Shown here: piece by piece, positions 1 through 10,353 of the stretch
How the letters are laid out: each line of letters begins with the position of its first letter
Position numbering within the stretch: position 1 is the stretch's first letter
NCBI GenBank assembly: GCA_050331735.1
Contig: JBHJGN010000009.1
Coordinates: forward strand, 1 to 64,000
From: Cyanophyceae cyanobacterium
GTDB taxonomy: Bacteria > Cyanobacteriota > Cyanobacteriia > Cyanobacteriales > JBHJGN01
Reading direction: 5' to 3'
DNA length: 64,000 nt
The notes under the pieces: generated by a model
Told to the model about the DNA's origin: nothing
What the model saw: the letters and a program-made list of their open reading frames with translations, nothing else
The model's database searches: none
Program-made: the position numbers and the translations under genes

Positions 1-25
1 ATATTTTCATCTCTAGCACCAACAT
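1..25 (-). CDS. tnpB: 5' end of probable IS200/IS605-family TnpB (runs off the window start)
   Basis: Minus strand reads AAGGGAGAAGTCT-ATG then MLVLEMKI, resembling cyanobacterial TnpB N-termini, just inside an IS605-type left end. Only 8 codons are visible. Confidence 0.5.
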
Positions 26-140
26 AGACTTCTCCCTTAACAGCATAAGCCTCTGCAAGCTGACTCACGGCGCCTCAAGCCGCCAATCGTATTCATCCAA
101 CGGCTAAAGCGCGTTGGCTTTCTACTTCACAGCTCGGTAA
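1..140 (-). mobile_element. IS200/IS605-family left end with TTAC target tetranucleotide
   Basis: On the minus strand: TTAC (140-137), then AAAG immediately 5' of the hairpin CCAACG-C-GCTTTAGC-CGTTGG (117-97). Same architecture as the IS608 left end. Confidence 0.7.
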
Positions 141-215
141 ATTTTTCCTGTTGCTGAGCAATCGACTCAAGAAGAGCTTCGATTCTATCTAATCTGTCGT
201 TACTGTCGGTCATTA

Positions 216-884
216 TTAGTGGAGTTCACTTCTGCTTACATAATCCATAATATTGGCCCATTCTGCTCCCAACTGCTCGTTTTGGAATAGCACACTCAGC
301 ATGTCATACCAGTAACCGCGTTCTCCATACCACTGGGCTTGCTCTTGTGCTGTCATGCCTCCCAGTTGAGCCTCAATACTGGCTGTCCGTTCCACTCGCT
401 GTACCCAGCCACTGAGGGCCGGATCGCCTGGTTTTAGATATTCCTGGCAAACGATGCCAATGGTCCACTGATAGTTTTTCCCAACGACTAACGGAGGCTT
501 GTCGTTAGGAAACGAAAAACTGACAATTCCATCGCGCTCAATTGGTAAGAAGACTCTTTCATAGTACTCGCCCGTCTCGTCTCGGAACGACAAAACCACC
601 TGCTGAGCAGAAGTTTGTGGTAAATCAAGGAAAATTGCCGGATGTGTAGCCAAGCTGAGGGCATAGTTGCGTTGCGGCATCAGGGCGCGGATGGCTGGTT
701 CATCTGGAGCACAGCTCAGATCGTCACGACTACCGCCCACTTCCGTATCTTTAGGCTGTCCATCTCCTGGAGGCTCAAAGTTTTCCTCAAAGACAATGAC
801 CTCTTGATTTGCAAACGCACCATTGAGGGGAAGCAAAGCGCTACCAAAGCTTAGAAGCAGAATGAGAAGACGGTTTTCGAGCAT
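216..884 (-). CDS. DUF928 domain-containing exported protein
   Basis: Signal peptide, GGSR motif, LxxGKNYQW and WYxxxGYWYD; adjacent to a CHAT locus as is typical for the family. Confidence 0.85.
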   Translation of the reverse strand: MLENRLLILLLSFGSALLPLNGAFANQEVIVFEENFEPPGDGQPKDTEVGGSRDDLSCAPDEPAIRALMPQRNYALSLATHPAIFLDLPQTSAQQVVLSFRDETGEYYERVFLPIERDGIVSFSFPNDKPPLVVGKNYQWTIGIVCQEYLKPGDPALSGWVQRVERTASIEAQLGGMTAQEQAQWYGERGYWYDMLSVLFQNEQLGAEWANIMDYVSRSELH

Positions 885-1241
885 GAGAGCAACGTTAATT
901 TGGTGGCTAGGATATGAAGCAACAATGGGGAAGTCGTCAGTTGGAAGTTGAGCACGAATTGGAGCCGTTTTTCTGCCTCCCTAACTTGAGATATGGTTAT
1001 TAGTGCAGCAGAAGGCGATCGCCTGTGGATTCTCGATCGATGAGCAAGCTGACATCAGCTCCTTAGAGGTTGAGCAGACCATAACAGCCACTCACAAATA
1101 TTTTTCAAGGTTAATTTTATCTTGAGCCGGGACTGATTCAGTTTTACTAAACTAATCCCCCCAGAAAAACCATCAAAAAGCTATTGGTCTAAACGTACTC
1201 ATGAGTGATAATATCTAGGCTCAAGTGTTTATTAAAAACTA

Positions 1242-4200
1242 ATGCCGTTCGCTGATTGCTGGCAAAACAACTGGGCCAAGTATTGGGCGATCGCCTCCGA
1301 GACGCTGCTAGTTGCTAGTTGCATAGGGATAGCCGCACTGCCTGTCCGCGCTCAGCTTGTTCCCGACAAAACTCTAGAAGCAGAATCTCGCGTCACGTCT
1401 CAGGAAACACGCAAGCTGATTGAGGGGGGGACTAGGCGCGGTTCTCAGCTTTTTCATAGCTTTGCCGAGTTTAATGTTAACGAGGGTCAGCGAGTTGATT
1501 TTGCCAATCCTGGTGGCGTTAATCACATTCTTACTCGCGTAACCGGAAATACTCTCTCCACTATCCTTGGAACCCTTGGTGTAAACGGGAATGCTAATTT
1601 ATTTTTGCTGAACCCGAACGGCGTTGTTTTTGGGCCAAATGCTCGTCTGGATGTGGCTGGTTCTTTTGCGGCATCGACAGCCAATCATATTACTGTTGTC
1701 AACTACGAGTTCAGCGCTAACCCCACCACTGAACCACTATTGCAGATGAACGTTACTCCTGGGGTTCAATATGGAGCGGTCAATCCCAGCAGTACAATTC
1801 AAAATCAGGGAAATTTGGCAGTCGGAGGACAGAGTTTGTCTCTGGTTGGAGGCAACGTCAAGCATACAGGAGCGTTGGTGGCTCCCGGTGGTTCTGTCAA
1901 CATTATCGGTGAAACAATTCAGCTTTTAGGAACGGCTGATACTCGCAGTTTAGAGGGCGTTGGTTCGCTGTTTCTAAATTCACCCAGCATGCGGATTGCA
2001 GAAGGTGGAGCGATTTCAGGCGCAGCCGTTAGTCAAGCTTTAGCAACTAATCACGTTGTCCTTGAGGCCAATAATCTCCTTGTTGACGCAGATATCACTG
2101 GCGTTGCCGAAAATCATCTCAGCTTGCAGGTAGGGCGATCGCTTACCGTTGGCAACAACCGCACGATTGCTTTAAATGGTGGGAACTTTACTGCCACCGT
2201 AATCAATGAGAACGCGATCGCTAACCAGGTAGCTCAGTTTTCGATGAATCCAGGTTCACAGATTCTTACCAATGGTGGCGACGTTACCGTTGCAGCACAA
2301 AATGGACAAATCAATACGGCCAACGGCAGGATCGTTACCGTCAATCCAGTCACCCCCGGCGGTAATGGTGGCGACATTAGCCTCTTCAGCACTGGCGATA
2401 TGGCCACTGGGCTGCTTGTCAGCGGTTTTTTAACACTTCCCAATAATGCTTTTGTTGTCTTAGATATTGCCGACGCGGCGAATGGCGGAGATATCACCCT
2501 TGAGAGCCAAGGAGCCATCACTACCGATAATTTTATTTTAGCCCTGGCTCAGCTTGATTCTGGAGATATTATCCTAGATGCCGCTGGTAACCTGACAATT
2601 AACGCTCAAATCAAAACTGGAGGCAATAGTGCCGGTAAACTGACCTTGACCAGCGGCGACACGTTCTTAGCCAGAGGTGACTTTATTGATAATCAGGTTC
2701 TTGGTTCTGGTTTCGCCGCTGACGTGACTTTGGCGGCTCCCTTCATGATCCTTGACGATACGGCGATCGCTACGGTAACTACAGGCAATGCTCAAGGAGG
2801 AGATCTGCTTGTCCATGCAGAAGAAGTTGTTTTGCGCAATGGTCGGCTGGCGACAGTTGCGTTTCAAGGCAGCGGTGATGCTGGCGACCTCACCTTGAAC
2901 ACTCGTCGTCTGAGTATTATAAAAGAACCTGGAACGACCGTCACTCAAGGTGTTGGCGTTGCGACTACCGCTTCCTTCGACAGCAGTGGTAATGGCGGAG
3001 ATCTAGTCATCAACGCCTCTGAATCGATTGAGATTGTTGGCGATCGCCCCAGCCTTTTTACCCCCACTCCTAAACAACTTTTGCAGGCCATTACGGAGCA
3101 GGTCGATACCGGAATTGCCACCTCGGCTGTCGGTAGCGGCAATTCTGGAAACTTGAGCATCAATACAGGTCGCCTCGTCGTTCGGGATGGGGTTGGAGTA
3201 ACGACGCTGCCCTTGGTGGGTCGCGGAGGACAGTTAAGAATCAACGCGAATGAAGTCGAACTGCGCGGATCGGCTAAGTTGAGCACGGCAACATTAGGAC
3301 AAGATGCCGGAAATTTATCGCTCGATGCAGACCGAGTTACCCTAACAAACGGTGCCCTAATTGCGACTAATACCTTTAGTTCTGGCGATGCAGGAGACTT
3401 AACCCTAACAGCCGATCAGCTTGTCATCGGTAATGGTTCTTCGGTTAGCTCGATAACGACAGGTGCTGGAGCGAGCGGCACAATAAATATCAATGCTGCC
3501 AATCTAGAGGTGAGAGGTACTTCAGCAGATGGCAGCTTGCCGAGCAGCATCTCCGCGAACTCCCTGGCTGGTTCTGGCAACGCCGGCAATCTAACTATTA
3601 GTAGCGATCGCCTCCTCCTCCGCCAAGGAGGAGAAATCTCTACCGCGACTGCTGGGGCTGGGGCAGGTGGCAATATCCAAATCGAGGCTCGCCAGATCCA
3701 GATAGAGAACGGCAGAATCAATGCCTCCACCGCTACCTCTCAACCAGGAGGCAACGTTACCCTGCGCGCCTCTGAAGCGATCTCCGTTGTCGGTAGAGGA
3801 TTTGAGACACTCCAGCAGCAGATTATTGTTCCGGCTTTTAACGGTACGCTCAGCTTCGCTAACTTCGATCAGGGCGTGTTTACAGTGACCGCAGGCGCAG
3901 GAGCTGCCGGAGATATCTCGATCGACACCCCTAACTTCACCGTTCGGGATGGGGGGTTAACTGCCACGACAACTCTGGCTTCGGGAGCCGGAGGCGATAT
4001 CAATGTCAATGCTGGTGACACCTTAGAAATCAACAACTCTCTGTTAGCTACGGGGACATTCACCGCCGCTGCTTCTGGTCACATTAACTTAACAGCTCGT
4101 CGCTTACTCGCTGAAGGAGGAGCGCAGGCCATTACAACCACTTTTGGAGAGGGGAGAGCCGGAAACCTCACCGTTAACGTAGCTGAATCGATCGACCTCA

Positions 4201-5135
4201 TCGATCCGTCTCAGCAAGGCTTCGTTTCTGGACTGTTTGCCTCCTCGTTTCAATCTGCCGCTGGCACGGGCGGCGACATCACCGTGACCACGGGAGATTT
4301 CAACATTCTAGATGGAGCAGCGGTATCGGTCAGCGGACAGGGAGCCGGCGATGCTGGCAATATCGAGATTACGGCTCGCGTACTTTTTCTAGATGAGGGA
4401 GAAATTAACGCCAGTAGCGCTTCTGGAGCCGGAGGCAACCTTACCCTTGACGTCGGCGAAGCTCTCATCCTGCGCAACGGGAGCGAAATTTCCACTCGGG
4501 CTGGTACGCTAGGCGGAGGCGGGAATGGCGGCAACATCGATATTGAGGCAGAAGTCGTTGTGGGAGTGCCGAGTGAAAATAGCGACATTACCGCCAATGC
4601 GTTTGCTGGGACAGGAGGAGAGATTAATCTGAGCGCTGAAACCATTCTCGGCTTTCAGGTGTCAGATACTCTCACGCCTCAGAGCGATATTTCGGCCAGT
4701 TCTCGGCTCGGTATTGACGGCACCATCGCTCTTGATACTCCAGATGTCGATCCCAGCGACGGGATTACAGAACTGTCTACTGAACTGACCGATGCTGGCG
4801 ATCAAATGATTGCTGGTTGCCCGAGTAACGAAGAGGCAAACTTCATCGTCACCGGACGCGGCGGCCTGCCTCCCGATCCTAGTCAAGAGTTGCCAGAGCA
4901 GATTTTGCTACCCGCCTGGGATTTAGAGGCGAGTGCTCACCCTCAAAACAGCGTGAGCGATCGCCCGCTCCAAACAACGGGACAAGCTAGCAGCCCTGCT
5001 AGTTCAAGGATTAACAATATTACTGAAGCCCAAGGGTGGACGTTAACCAAAGACGGAAAATTAGTTTTGGTCGCGAGTAATCAGTCAGAAACTTACACTC
5101 AACATCCTCAATGCCATGAAGTGTCGAGTGAATAA
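1242..5135 (+). CDS. Filamentous haemagglutinin N-terminal domain (TpsA-like) exoprotein
   Basis: LFHSF..FNV and NPNG secretion-domain motifs, Gly-rich GxGGxI repeats, C-terminal F.VTGRGGLP and EAQGW. Confidence 0.9.
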   Translation: MPFADCWQNNWAKYWAIASETLLVASCIGIAALPVRAQLVPDKTLEAESRVTSQETRKLIEGGTRRGSQLFHSFAEFNVNEGQRVDFANPGGVNHILTRVTGNTLSTILGTLGVNGNANLFLLNPNGVVFGPNARLDVAGSFAASTANHITVVNYEFSANPTTEPLLQMNVTPGVQYGAVNPSSTIQNQGNLAVGGQSLSLVGGNVKHTGALVAPGGSVNIIGETIQLLGTADTRSLEGVGSLFLNSPSMRIAEGGAISGAAVSQALATNHVVLEANNLLVDADITGVAENHLSLQVGRSLTVGNNRTIALNGGNFTATVINENAIANQVAQFSMNPGSQILTNGGDVTVAAQNGQINTANGRIVTVNPVTPGGNGGDISLFSTGDMATGLLVSGFLTLPNNAFVVLDIADAANGGDITLESQGAITTDNFILALAQLDSGDIILDAAGNLTINAQIKTGGNSAGKLTLTSGDTFLARGDFIDNQVLGSGFAADVTLAAPFMILDDTAIATVTTGNAQGGDLLVHAEEVVLRNGRLATVAFQGSGDAGDLTLNTRRLSIIKEPGTTVTQGVGVATTASFDSSGNGGDLVINASESIEIVGDRPSLFTPTPKQLLQAITEQVDTGIATSAVGSGNSGNLSINTGRLVVRDGVGVTTLPLVGRGGQLRINANEVELRGSAKLSTATLGQDAGNLSLDADRVTLTNGALIATNTFSSGDAGDLTLTADQLVIGNGSSVSSITTGAGASGTININAANLEVRGTSADGSLPSSISANSLAGSGNAGNLTISSDRLLLRQGGEISTATAGAGAGGNIQIEARQIQIENGRINASTATSQPGGNVTLRASEAISVVGRGFETLQQQIIVPAFNGTLSFANFDQGVFTVTAGAGAAGDISIDTPNFTVRDGGLTATTTLASGAGGDINVNAGDTLEINNSLLATGTFTAAASGHINLTARRLLAEGGAQAITTTFGEGRAGNLTVNVAESIDLIDPSQQGFVSGLFASSFQSAAGTGGDITVTTGDFNILDGAAVSVSGQGAGDAGNIEITARVLFLDEGEINASSASGAGGNLTLDVGEALILRNGSEISTRAGTLGGGGNGGNIDIEAEVVVGVPSENSDITANAFAGTGGEINLSAETILGFQVSDTLTPQSDISASSRLGIDGTIALDTPDVDPSDGITELSTELTDAGDQMIAGCPSNEEANFIVTGRGGLPPDPSQELPEQILLPAWDLEASAHPQNSVSDRPLQTTGQASSPASSRINNITEAQGWTLTKDGKLVLVASNQSETYTQHPQCHEVSSE

Positions 5136-7671
5136 GTCCTGCCGCTGGATTATTCTGGCTCTGCTCACTTTCCTGCTGGTTACGGTGTCGCCTATTAGAG
5201 CAGCTCTATCTCCTCATGACGCTTTAGCTCAAGAAAGTGAACAAAATTTCCCTTTCCCCCTTCCCCTTTTCCCCTTTCCCGTCCCAAAAAGCCTCGCTCA
5301 AGCCTCTTTACTCGAACAGGGAAAACGACTCTACGAGCGCGGACACCTCCAGGAGGCCGTGCAGATGTGGATCGGGGCCACGGAGAAACTCGCCGGACGT
5401 GATCGCCTGGCGGCTTATCGCTATCTTGCCATCGCCTATCAAAATTTAGGTCAGTGGGAAGCCGCCCAAGCCGCGCTCGCTCAAGCCCAAGCCCTGCTAC
5501 CCACTGTCGATGACGATTTCCTCACCGCGCAAGTTTTAAGCACCCAGGGAAGCCTCGAGTACCGCCTGGGGCGATCGCAAGCGGCACTGGTAACTTGGCA
5601 GCAGGCAGCGGAACTTTACCGTGCTCTCGATGCCAGAGAACCGTTACTCCGCACTCAGGTCAATCAGGCTCAGGCGCTGCGGAGCTTGGGGTTTTATCGA
5701 CGAGCGAGCACTGTTTTAGAACAAGCCAACCAAGAATTAGAGGAGCTTCCTGATTCTATTCTCAAAGCCAAAGCGCTCCAGAGTTTAGGAGTCACGCGGC
5801 GAGGGATGGGGGAACTCGAACAAGCACAACGAACCTTACAGCACAGTTTAGCGATCGCTCAACGCCTAGAGAGTCTAGTAGTCACAGAAGCTGTTCAGTT
5901 AAGCTTGGCTAATACCCTCAAAGCACTAGGGAATTCTTCCGCCGCGCTCGCTATTTATCAACAGCTTGAGCAATCTGCCGATGTCTTCACTCAAGTAGAA
6001 GCATCGGTTCACCGCCTCAGCTTGCTTGCTCAAACCGATGCTGCCGCTGCCCTGAAGATGTTGCCAACCCTGCGCTCTCGGTTACAGGCTTTGCCTAACG
6101 CTCGTCGGACCGTACAGGCTCGCATCAACCTAGCCGCCAGCCTCGCTAACATGAACGCCCAGGAACAAGCGGCAGAACTCCTCACGGTCGCGATCGCCTC
6201 AGCGAAAGAATTTAACGACTCCCGAGCTGAATCTACCGCCGTTGGGCAATTGGGGCATCTATACGAACAGACTCAGCAGTGGTCGGTAGCCCTCAAGCTA
6301 ACGCAGCAGGCTCTGACCCTCGCTCACCAGAGCCGTTCCTCGGAGCTGGCGGCGCTGTGGCACTGGCAACAGGGCCGGATTTTTACCGAGCAAGGCCAAA
6401 CCGGAGAGGCGATCGCTGCCTATGCTCAAGCCTTTACAGAGATTCAGGTTCTGCGGCAGGATCTGGCAGCCATCAATCCTGACGAACAGTTTTCGTTTCG
6501 CGAGCAGGTTGAACCAATTTATCGACAATACGTTGGGCTGCTCTTGCAAAACGTTGATAGTTTACCAACCAACCAGCAGCAGGAACATCTGCGGCGATCG
6601 CGGGAGGTGATTGAAGCTCTCCAGCTAGCAGAGTTAGAGAACTTTTTCCGGGAAGCGTGCTTAACCGACACTCCCCAAACCATTGATGACCTCGATCCTC
6701 ATGCTGCCGTTATCTATCCGATTCTGCTGGAGGAACGGTTGGAGGTAATTCTCTCTCGCCCCGGACAGCCGCTTCGACACTACGGCATCTCTGTTTCCCC
6801 GACAGAGACAGCCAAGATTTTCCAAGCCCTGAGTCAAGCCCTGCATCCCAGTTTTGCTGCCAAGGACGTTTTACCCCCCGCCCAGCAGCTTTACGACTGG
6901 CTGATTCGTCCGGGAGAAGCCTTCTTGACCAATACAGATACCTTGGTATTTATCCTCGATGGCTTTCTTCGCAACCTCCCGATGGCGGTGCTGCACGATG
7001 GCGAGCGCTACCTGGTCGAAAAGTACAGCATTGCCCTCACTCCGGGGCTTCGGCTCCTCGAATCTGGTGAGTTTGAGCTAGAGCAACTCAATGTGTTGAC
7101 AGGGGGATTAACCGCAGCCCGCCAGGGTTTTGCCTCTCTTCCCAGCGTCGGTGAAGAGATCCAACGAATTACCGATTTAGTTGACGCACAGGTGTTGCTT
7201 AACCAAGACTTTACCCGCGCCAACTTTCACAACCAGATTCAGGGGCAACCGGCTGTGGTGCATTTAGCCACTCACGGTCAGTTTAGCTCGGAGGCGGAGG
7301 AAACCTTTCTCCTGACCTGGCAGGACCGAATATATGTTCAAGACTTAGACCAGGTCTTACAACAAGGCGCCCTGACCCCCGTTGAGCTGCTCGTCCTCAG
7401 CGCCTGCGAGACAGCCGCCGGAGATGAACGAGCAGCCCTAGGCATGGCTGGAGTGGCGGTTCGTTCTGGTGCGAGAAGCACAGTAGCGAGTTTATGGACC
7501 GTTTCCGATCGCTCGACGGCGATTTTCATGTCTCAATTTTACCGTTTGCTGGCCAACCACGCTCCCAAAGCTCAGGCCCTGCGTCAAGCCCAATTGTCGC
7601 TTATGCAAGATCCGCAGTATCGTCATCCCTATTACTGGTCGCCCTTTGTCCTGGTAGGTAACTGGCGCTGA
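5116..7671 (+). CDS. TPR-CHAT domain protein (caspase-like)
   Basis: TPR-like helical repeats; HLATHG and LVLSACETA catalytic dyad motifs; HPYYWSPFVLVGNW C-terminus. Confidence 0.92.
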   Translation: MKCRVNKSCRWIILALLTFLLVTVSPIRAALSPHDALAQESEQNFPFPLPLFPFPVPKSLAQASLLEQGKRLYERGHLQEAVQMWIGATEKLAGRDRLAAYRYLAIAYQNLGQWEAAQAALAQAQALLPTVDDDFLTAQVLSTQGSLEYRLGRSQAALVTWQQAAELYRALDAREPLLRTQVNQAQALRSLGFYRRASTVLEQANQELEELPDSILKAKALQSLGVTRRGMGELEQAQRTLQHSLAIAQRLESLVVTEAVQLSLANTLKALGNSSAALAIYQQLEQSADVFTQVEASVHRLSLLAQTDAAAALKMLPTLRSRLQALPNARRTVQARINLAASLANMNAQEQAAELLTVAIASAKEFNDSRAESTAVGQLGHLYEQTQQWSVALKLTQQALTLAHQSRSSELAALWHWQQGRIFTEQGQTGEAIAAYAQAFTEIQVLRQDLAAINPDEQFSFREQVEPIYRQYVGLLLQNVDSLPTNQQQEHLRRSREVIEALQLAELENFFREACLTDTPQTIDDLDPHAAVIYPILLEERLEVILSRPGQPLRHYGISVSPTETAKIFQALSQALHPSFAAKDVLPPAQQLYDWLIRPGEAFLTNTDTLVFILDGFLRNLPMAVLHDGERYLVEKYSIALTPGLRLLESGEFELEQLNVLTGGLTAARQGFASLPSVGEEIQRITDLVDAQVLLNQDFTRANFHNQIQGQPAVVHLATHGQFSSEAEETFLLTWQDRIYVQDLDQVLQQGALTPVELLVLSACETAAGDERAALGMAGVAVRSGARSTVASLWTVSDRSTAIFMSQFYRLLANHAPKAQALRQAQLSLMQDPQYRHPYYWSPFVLVGNWR
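5250..5280 (+). repeat. Short C/T-rich (CCCCTTT-like) tandem repeat, in frame inside the CHAT gene
   Basis: ccctttcccccttccccttttcccctttccc encodes PFPLPLFPFP; STRR-like. Confidence 0.55.
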
Positions 7672-7699
7672 CATAGAGTCCAAAATTGTTTCCCCGCAG

Positions 7700-8431
7700 C
7701 TACAGACTGACCTGCCAACACTGAAATAATTCACCAGGAAGGCTTTTGACGATCTTCCCTTCAGCTTGGCGAACAACATTGTGCCACTCCTCCAGCGGCG
7801 TTAACAGCACTTCTGCCCCCAGATAAGTCTCCAAAATGGCCCAATCTTCCGCCAGCGGGCTGTCGGGATCGACGACATCAAAAACAAAGCTGCCTCCGGG
7901 CTTTAGTACCCGCCTCACTTCAGCCAGGACTCGCTCCCAGTAGTCGAGAGGATAGTAACAACTCCATCCTGTCGCAATCACCCCGTCAAACTGGCTATCT
8001 TCGTAGGCTAAAAGATGCCCCGCCCCGAGTTTTACGCCCCGAAACAGTTTAGAGTTTAATTGTGGTCCCCGGCTCATAGAGATGTTCCGTGCCGTCGCAC
8101 TGATCTCCTGACCGCAGAAGAAAGCATCCCACTCATACCAAGGATAGATCAGGAAACTCAAGCCACAGCCGATGTCTAACCACGCCTGCTTTTTCTTGGG
8201 AAGCTTCAATTCCCAGAATTTAGAGCTGATGCGGTCTTGAAGTCTTCCTGACTGCCATTCATCGAAAATCGAAATGGCTTCTATTTCTGCCGGCAGAGCC
8301 ACTGGTTCGCGGCGGTATTCGCGCTCAAATCTTTGTGTTGTTTGTTCCAGCGCCGTTTGCCAGTCTCCTCCAAAATCTAATGAGCGAGGATGGGGTGAGT
8401 CAGATTGCCCTCGGTTTGTTTTACGTGCCAA
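7700..8431 (-). CDS. Class I SAM-dependent methyltransferase
   Basis: WLDIGCG motif I and RRVLKPGG motif. Confidence 0.85.
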   Translation of the reverse strand: MARKTNRGQSDSPHPRSLDFGGDWQTALEQTTQRFEREYRREPVALPAEIEAISIFDEWQSGRLQDRISSKFWELKLPKKKQAWLDIGCGLSFLIYPWYEWDAFFCGQEISATARNISMSRGPQLNSKLFRGVKLGAGHLLAYEDSQFDGVIATGWSCYYPLDYWERVLAEVRRVLKPGGSFVFDVVDPDSPLAEDWAILETYLGAEVLLTPLEEWHNVVRQAEGKIVKSLPGELFQCWQVSL

Positions 8432-8593
8432 TGGTGCGTCCTAGATAAGTAGCTGAGTAGAATTAGCTCTATCTTAAAAATACTCTTTGAGCTGGCTAAA
8501 TGCAGCTTCCGGGTGAACGTTTAGTATGCTAGGAACAAAATAGCGAGCTAGATTCTGCCAGAATACGATTGCATTTTCAACGGCACCACTAAG

Positions 8594-9850
8594 ATGGAAG
8601 TAATTCAACAGGCAAACGCTACGGATCCAACCACCTATAAGTTTCGCTTACGGGATCTCCCCTTGGGCGCTCAGATGCTCTTTGTCGCCTTTGGAGCACT
8701 CGTATTGGTTCCTGTGTTAGCTGGGTTAGATCCGAACGTGGCGCTGTTTACGGCTGGACTAGGAACGCTGGCTTTTCAACTCGTGACAGGGGGAAAAGTT
8801 CCGGTGTTTCTAGCCTCATCCTTCGCCTTTATTGCGCCGATTCAGCTAGGCGTGGCGGAATACGGTGTGGCAGAAACCCTCTCTGGACTAGCGGCGGCTG
8901 GGGTATTTTATCTTGTCCTCAGTCTGTTGATTTTTTGGCGCGGTCCTCAACTGATCGCTCGCTTGCTGCCGTCAGTTGTTACCGGTCCGGTGATTATGGT
9001 CATCGGGTTATCGTTAGCGTCTGTTGCCGTTGGCATGGTCTCTGAAGCAGGCGATAACTATAGCCGAGAGGCTGCCCTAGCTGTTGGGGCCGTGTCGTTA
9101 TTGGGAACAATCCTGGCAAGCTTGTTAGGTCGGGGGTGGCTGCGGTTGGTGCCGATTTTTGCGGGCATTATTGTAGGCTATGGGCTGGCCCTTCCGTTAG
9201 GAATGGTCGATTTCTCGCCCGTTGCGTCAGCGCCTTGGCTAGCGCTGCCTCCGTTTGTTGCTCCCCAATTTCACCTGCCCGCTATCTTGTTTATTCTCCC
9301 GGTGGCGATCGCTCCTGCCATCGAGCACATCGGCGATGTGCTAGCGATTGGTTCGGTAACGGGCAAAGAATTTATCAGGGAACCGGGCGTTCATCGTACC
9401 TTGCTCGGAGACGGATTAGCCACCACCCTAGCGGCATTCCTTGGAGGACCACCCAACACGACCTATTCCGAAGTAACGGGAGCAGTGGCGTTTACCAAGG
9501 TATTCAATCCTGGAATTATGACGTGGGCGGCAATTGTTGCCATTCTCCTCTCCTTTGTCGGCAAACTCGGAGCCTTGGTTCGCACCATTCCGCCTCCGGT
9601 GATGGGCGGTATCCTAGTGATTCTCTTTGGCACGATCGTCATTGTGGGCATGAACAGTCTGATGCAGGCAGGAGTCGCTCTGCTCAAGTCCCGCAATCTC
9701 ATTATTGTTTCTGTGATTTTGGTCTTGGGGGTTGGTGGCTTATCCCTAGAGACGGGAGCATTTGCCCTTGAAGGCATTGGCCTATCCAGCATCTTTGGGG
9801 TGCTGCTTAACCTGCTCTTGCCCCATTCAGCCGTTGAAGCGACAGAATAG
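8594..9850 (+). CDS. uraA: Uracil/xanthine permease (NCS2 family)
   Basis: QMLFVAFGA, SSFAFI, EHIGD and GPPNTTYSE signatures; many TM segments. Confidence 0.9.
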   Translation: MEVIQQANATDPTTYKFRLRDLPLGAQMLFVAFGALVLVPVLAGLDPNVALFTAGLGTLAFQLVTGGKVPVFLASSFAFIAPIQLGVAEYGVAETLSGLAAAGVFYLVLSLLIFWRGPQLIARLLPSVVTGPVIMVIGLSLASVAVGMVSEAGDNYSREAALAVGAVSLLGTILASLLGRGWLRLVPIFAGIIVGYGLALPLGMVDFSPVASAPWLALPPFVAPQFHLPAILFILPVAIAPAIEHIGDVLAIGSVTGKEFIREPGVHRTLLGDGLATTLAAFLGGPPNTTYSEVTGAVAFTKVFNPGIMTWAAIVAILLSFVGKLGALVRTIPPPVMGGILVILFGTIVIVGMNSLMQAGVALLKSRNLIIVSVILVLGVGGLSLETGAFALEGIGLSSIFGVLLNLLLPHSAVEATE

Positions 9851-9920
9851 CGAGAATCGTAGCAGGCACCATAGCTCCTTATAATTGTGTAGTGTGTAGC
9901 TTCAAAAAAGCCTAAAACCA

Positions 9921-10286
9921 ATGCCTCAAGTAACCGCTCAGGGAAAAACGTTTACCTGCCATTCTGGCAGTAACTTGCGCCAAGTTTTGCTCGACCACGA
10001 TATCGCGCTTCATAATGGCCCTTCAAAAGTTGTTAACTGTCGAGGCATTGGAACCTGTGGAACGTGTGCTGTTGCTATAGAAGGAGCTGTCTCGGAGCCA
10101 AACTGGCAGGAAAAGACGAGACTGACTCTTCCTCCCCATTCTCCGGCAAGCAATCGCCGCCTCGCTTGCCAGATCAAAGTGCTAGGAGATATCTGCGTGA
10201 CGAAGTACGATGGCTTTTGGGGACAAAGCCACGAGGTCATTTGGTCTCCAGCAGTGGACAAAGACCAATCAACCCTTAACCATTAA
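9921..10286 (+). CDS. 2Fe-2S ferredoxin-like protein
   Basis: CRGIGTCGTC...RLACQ cysteine pattern. Confidence 0.88.
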   Translation: MPQVTAQGKTFTCHSGSNLRQVLLDHDIALHNGPSKVVNCRGIGTCGTCAVAIEGAVSEPNWQEKTRLTLPPHSPASNRRLACQIKVLGDICVTKYDGFWGQSHEVIWSPAVDKDQSTLNH

Positions 10287-10353
10287 CGAAAAACAGGATT
10301 GGAGCAGAACGAGGATGTTGCGAAGCCCCAGGACAGACGCGATCGCCTAAGGA

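Noticed and set aside
2234..4886. Many antisense ORFs within the haemagglutinin-like gene, and similar shadow ORFs in atpA, hoxF, ppsA and proS
   Set aside because: Fully overlapped by well-supported genes and lacking recognisable motifs.
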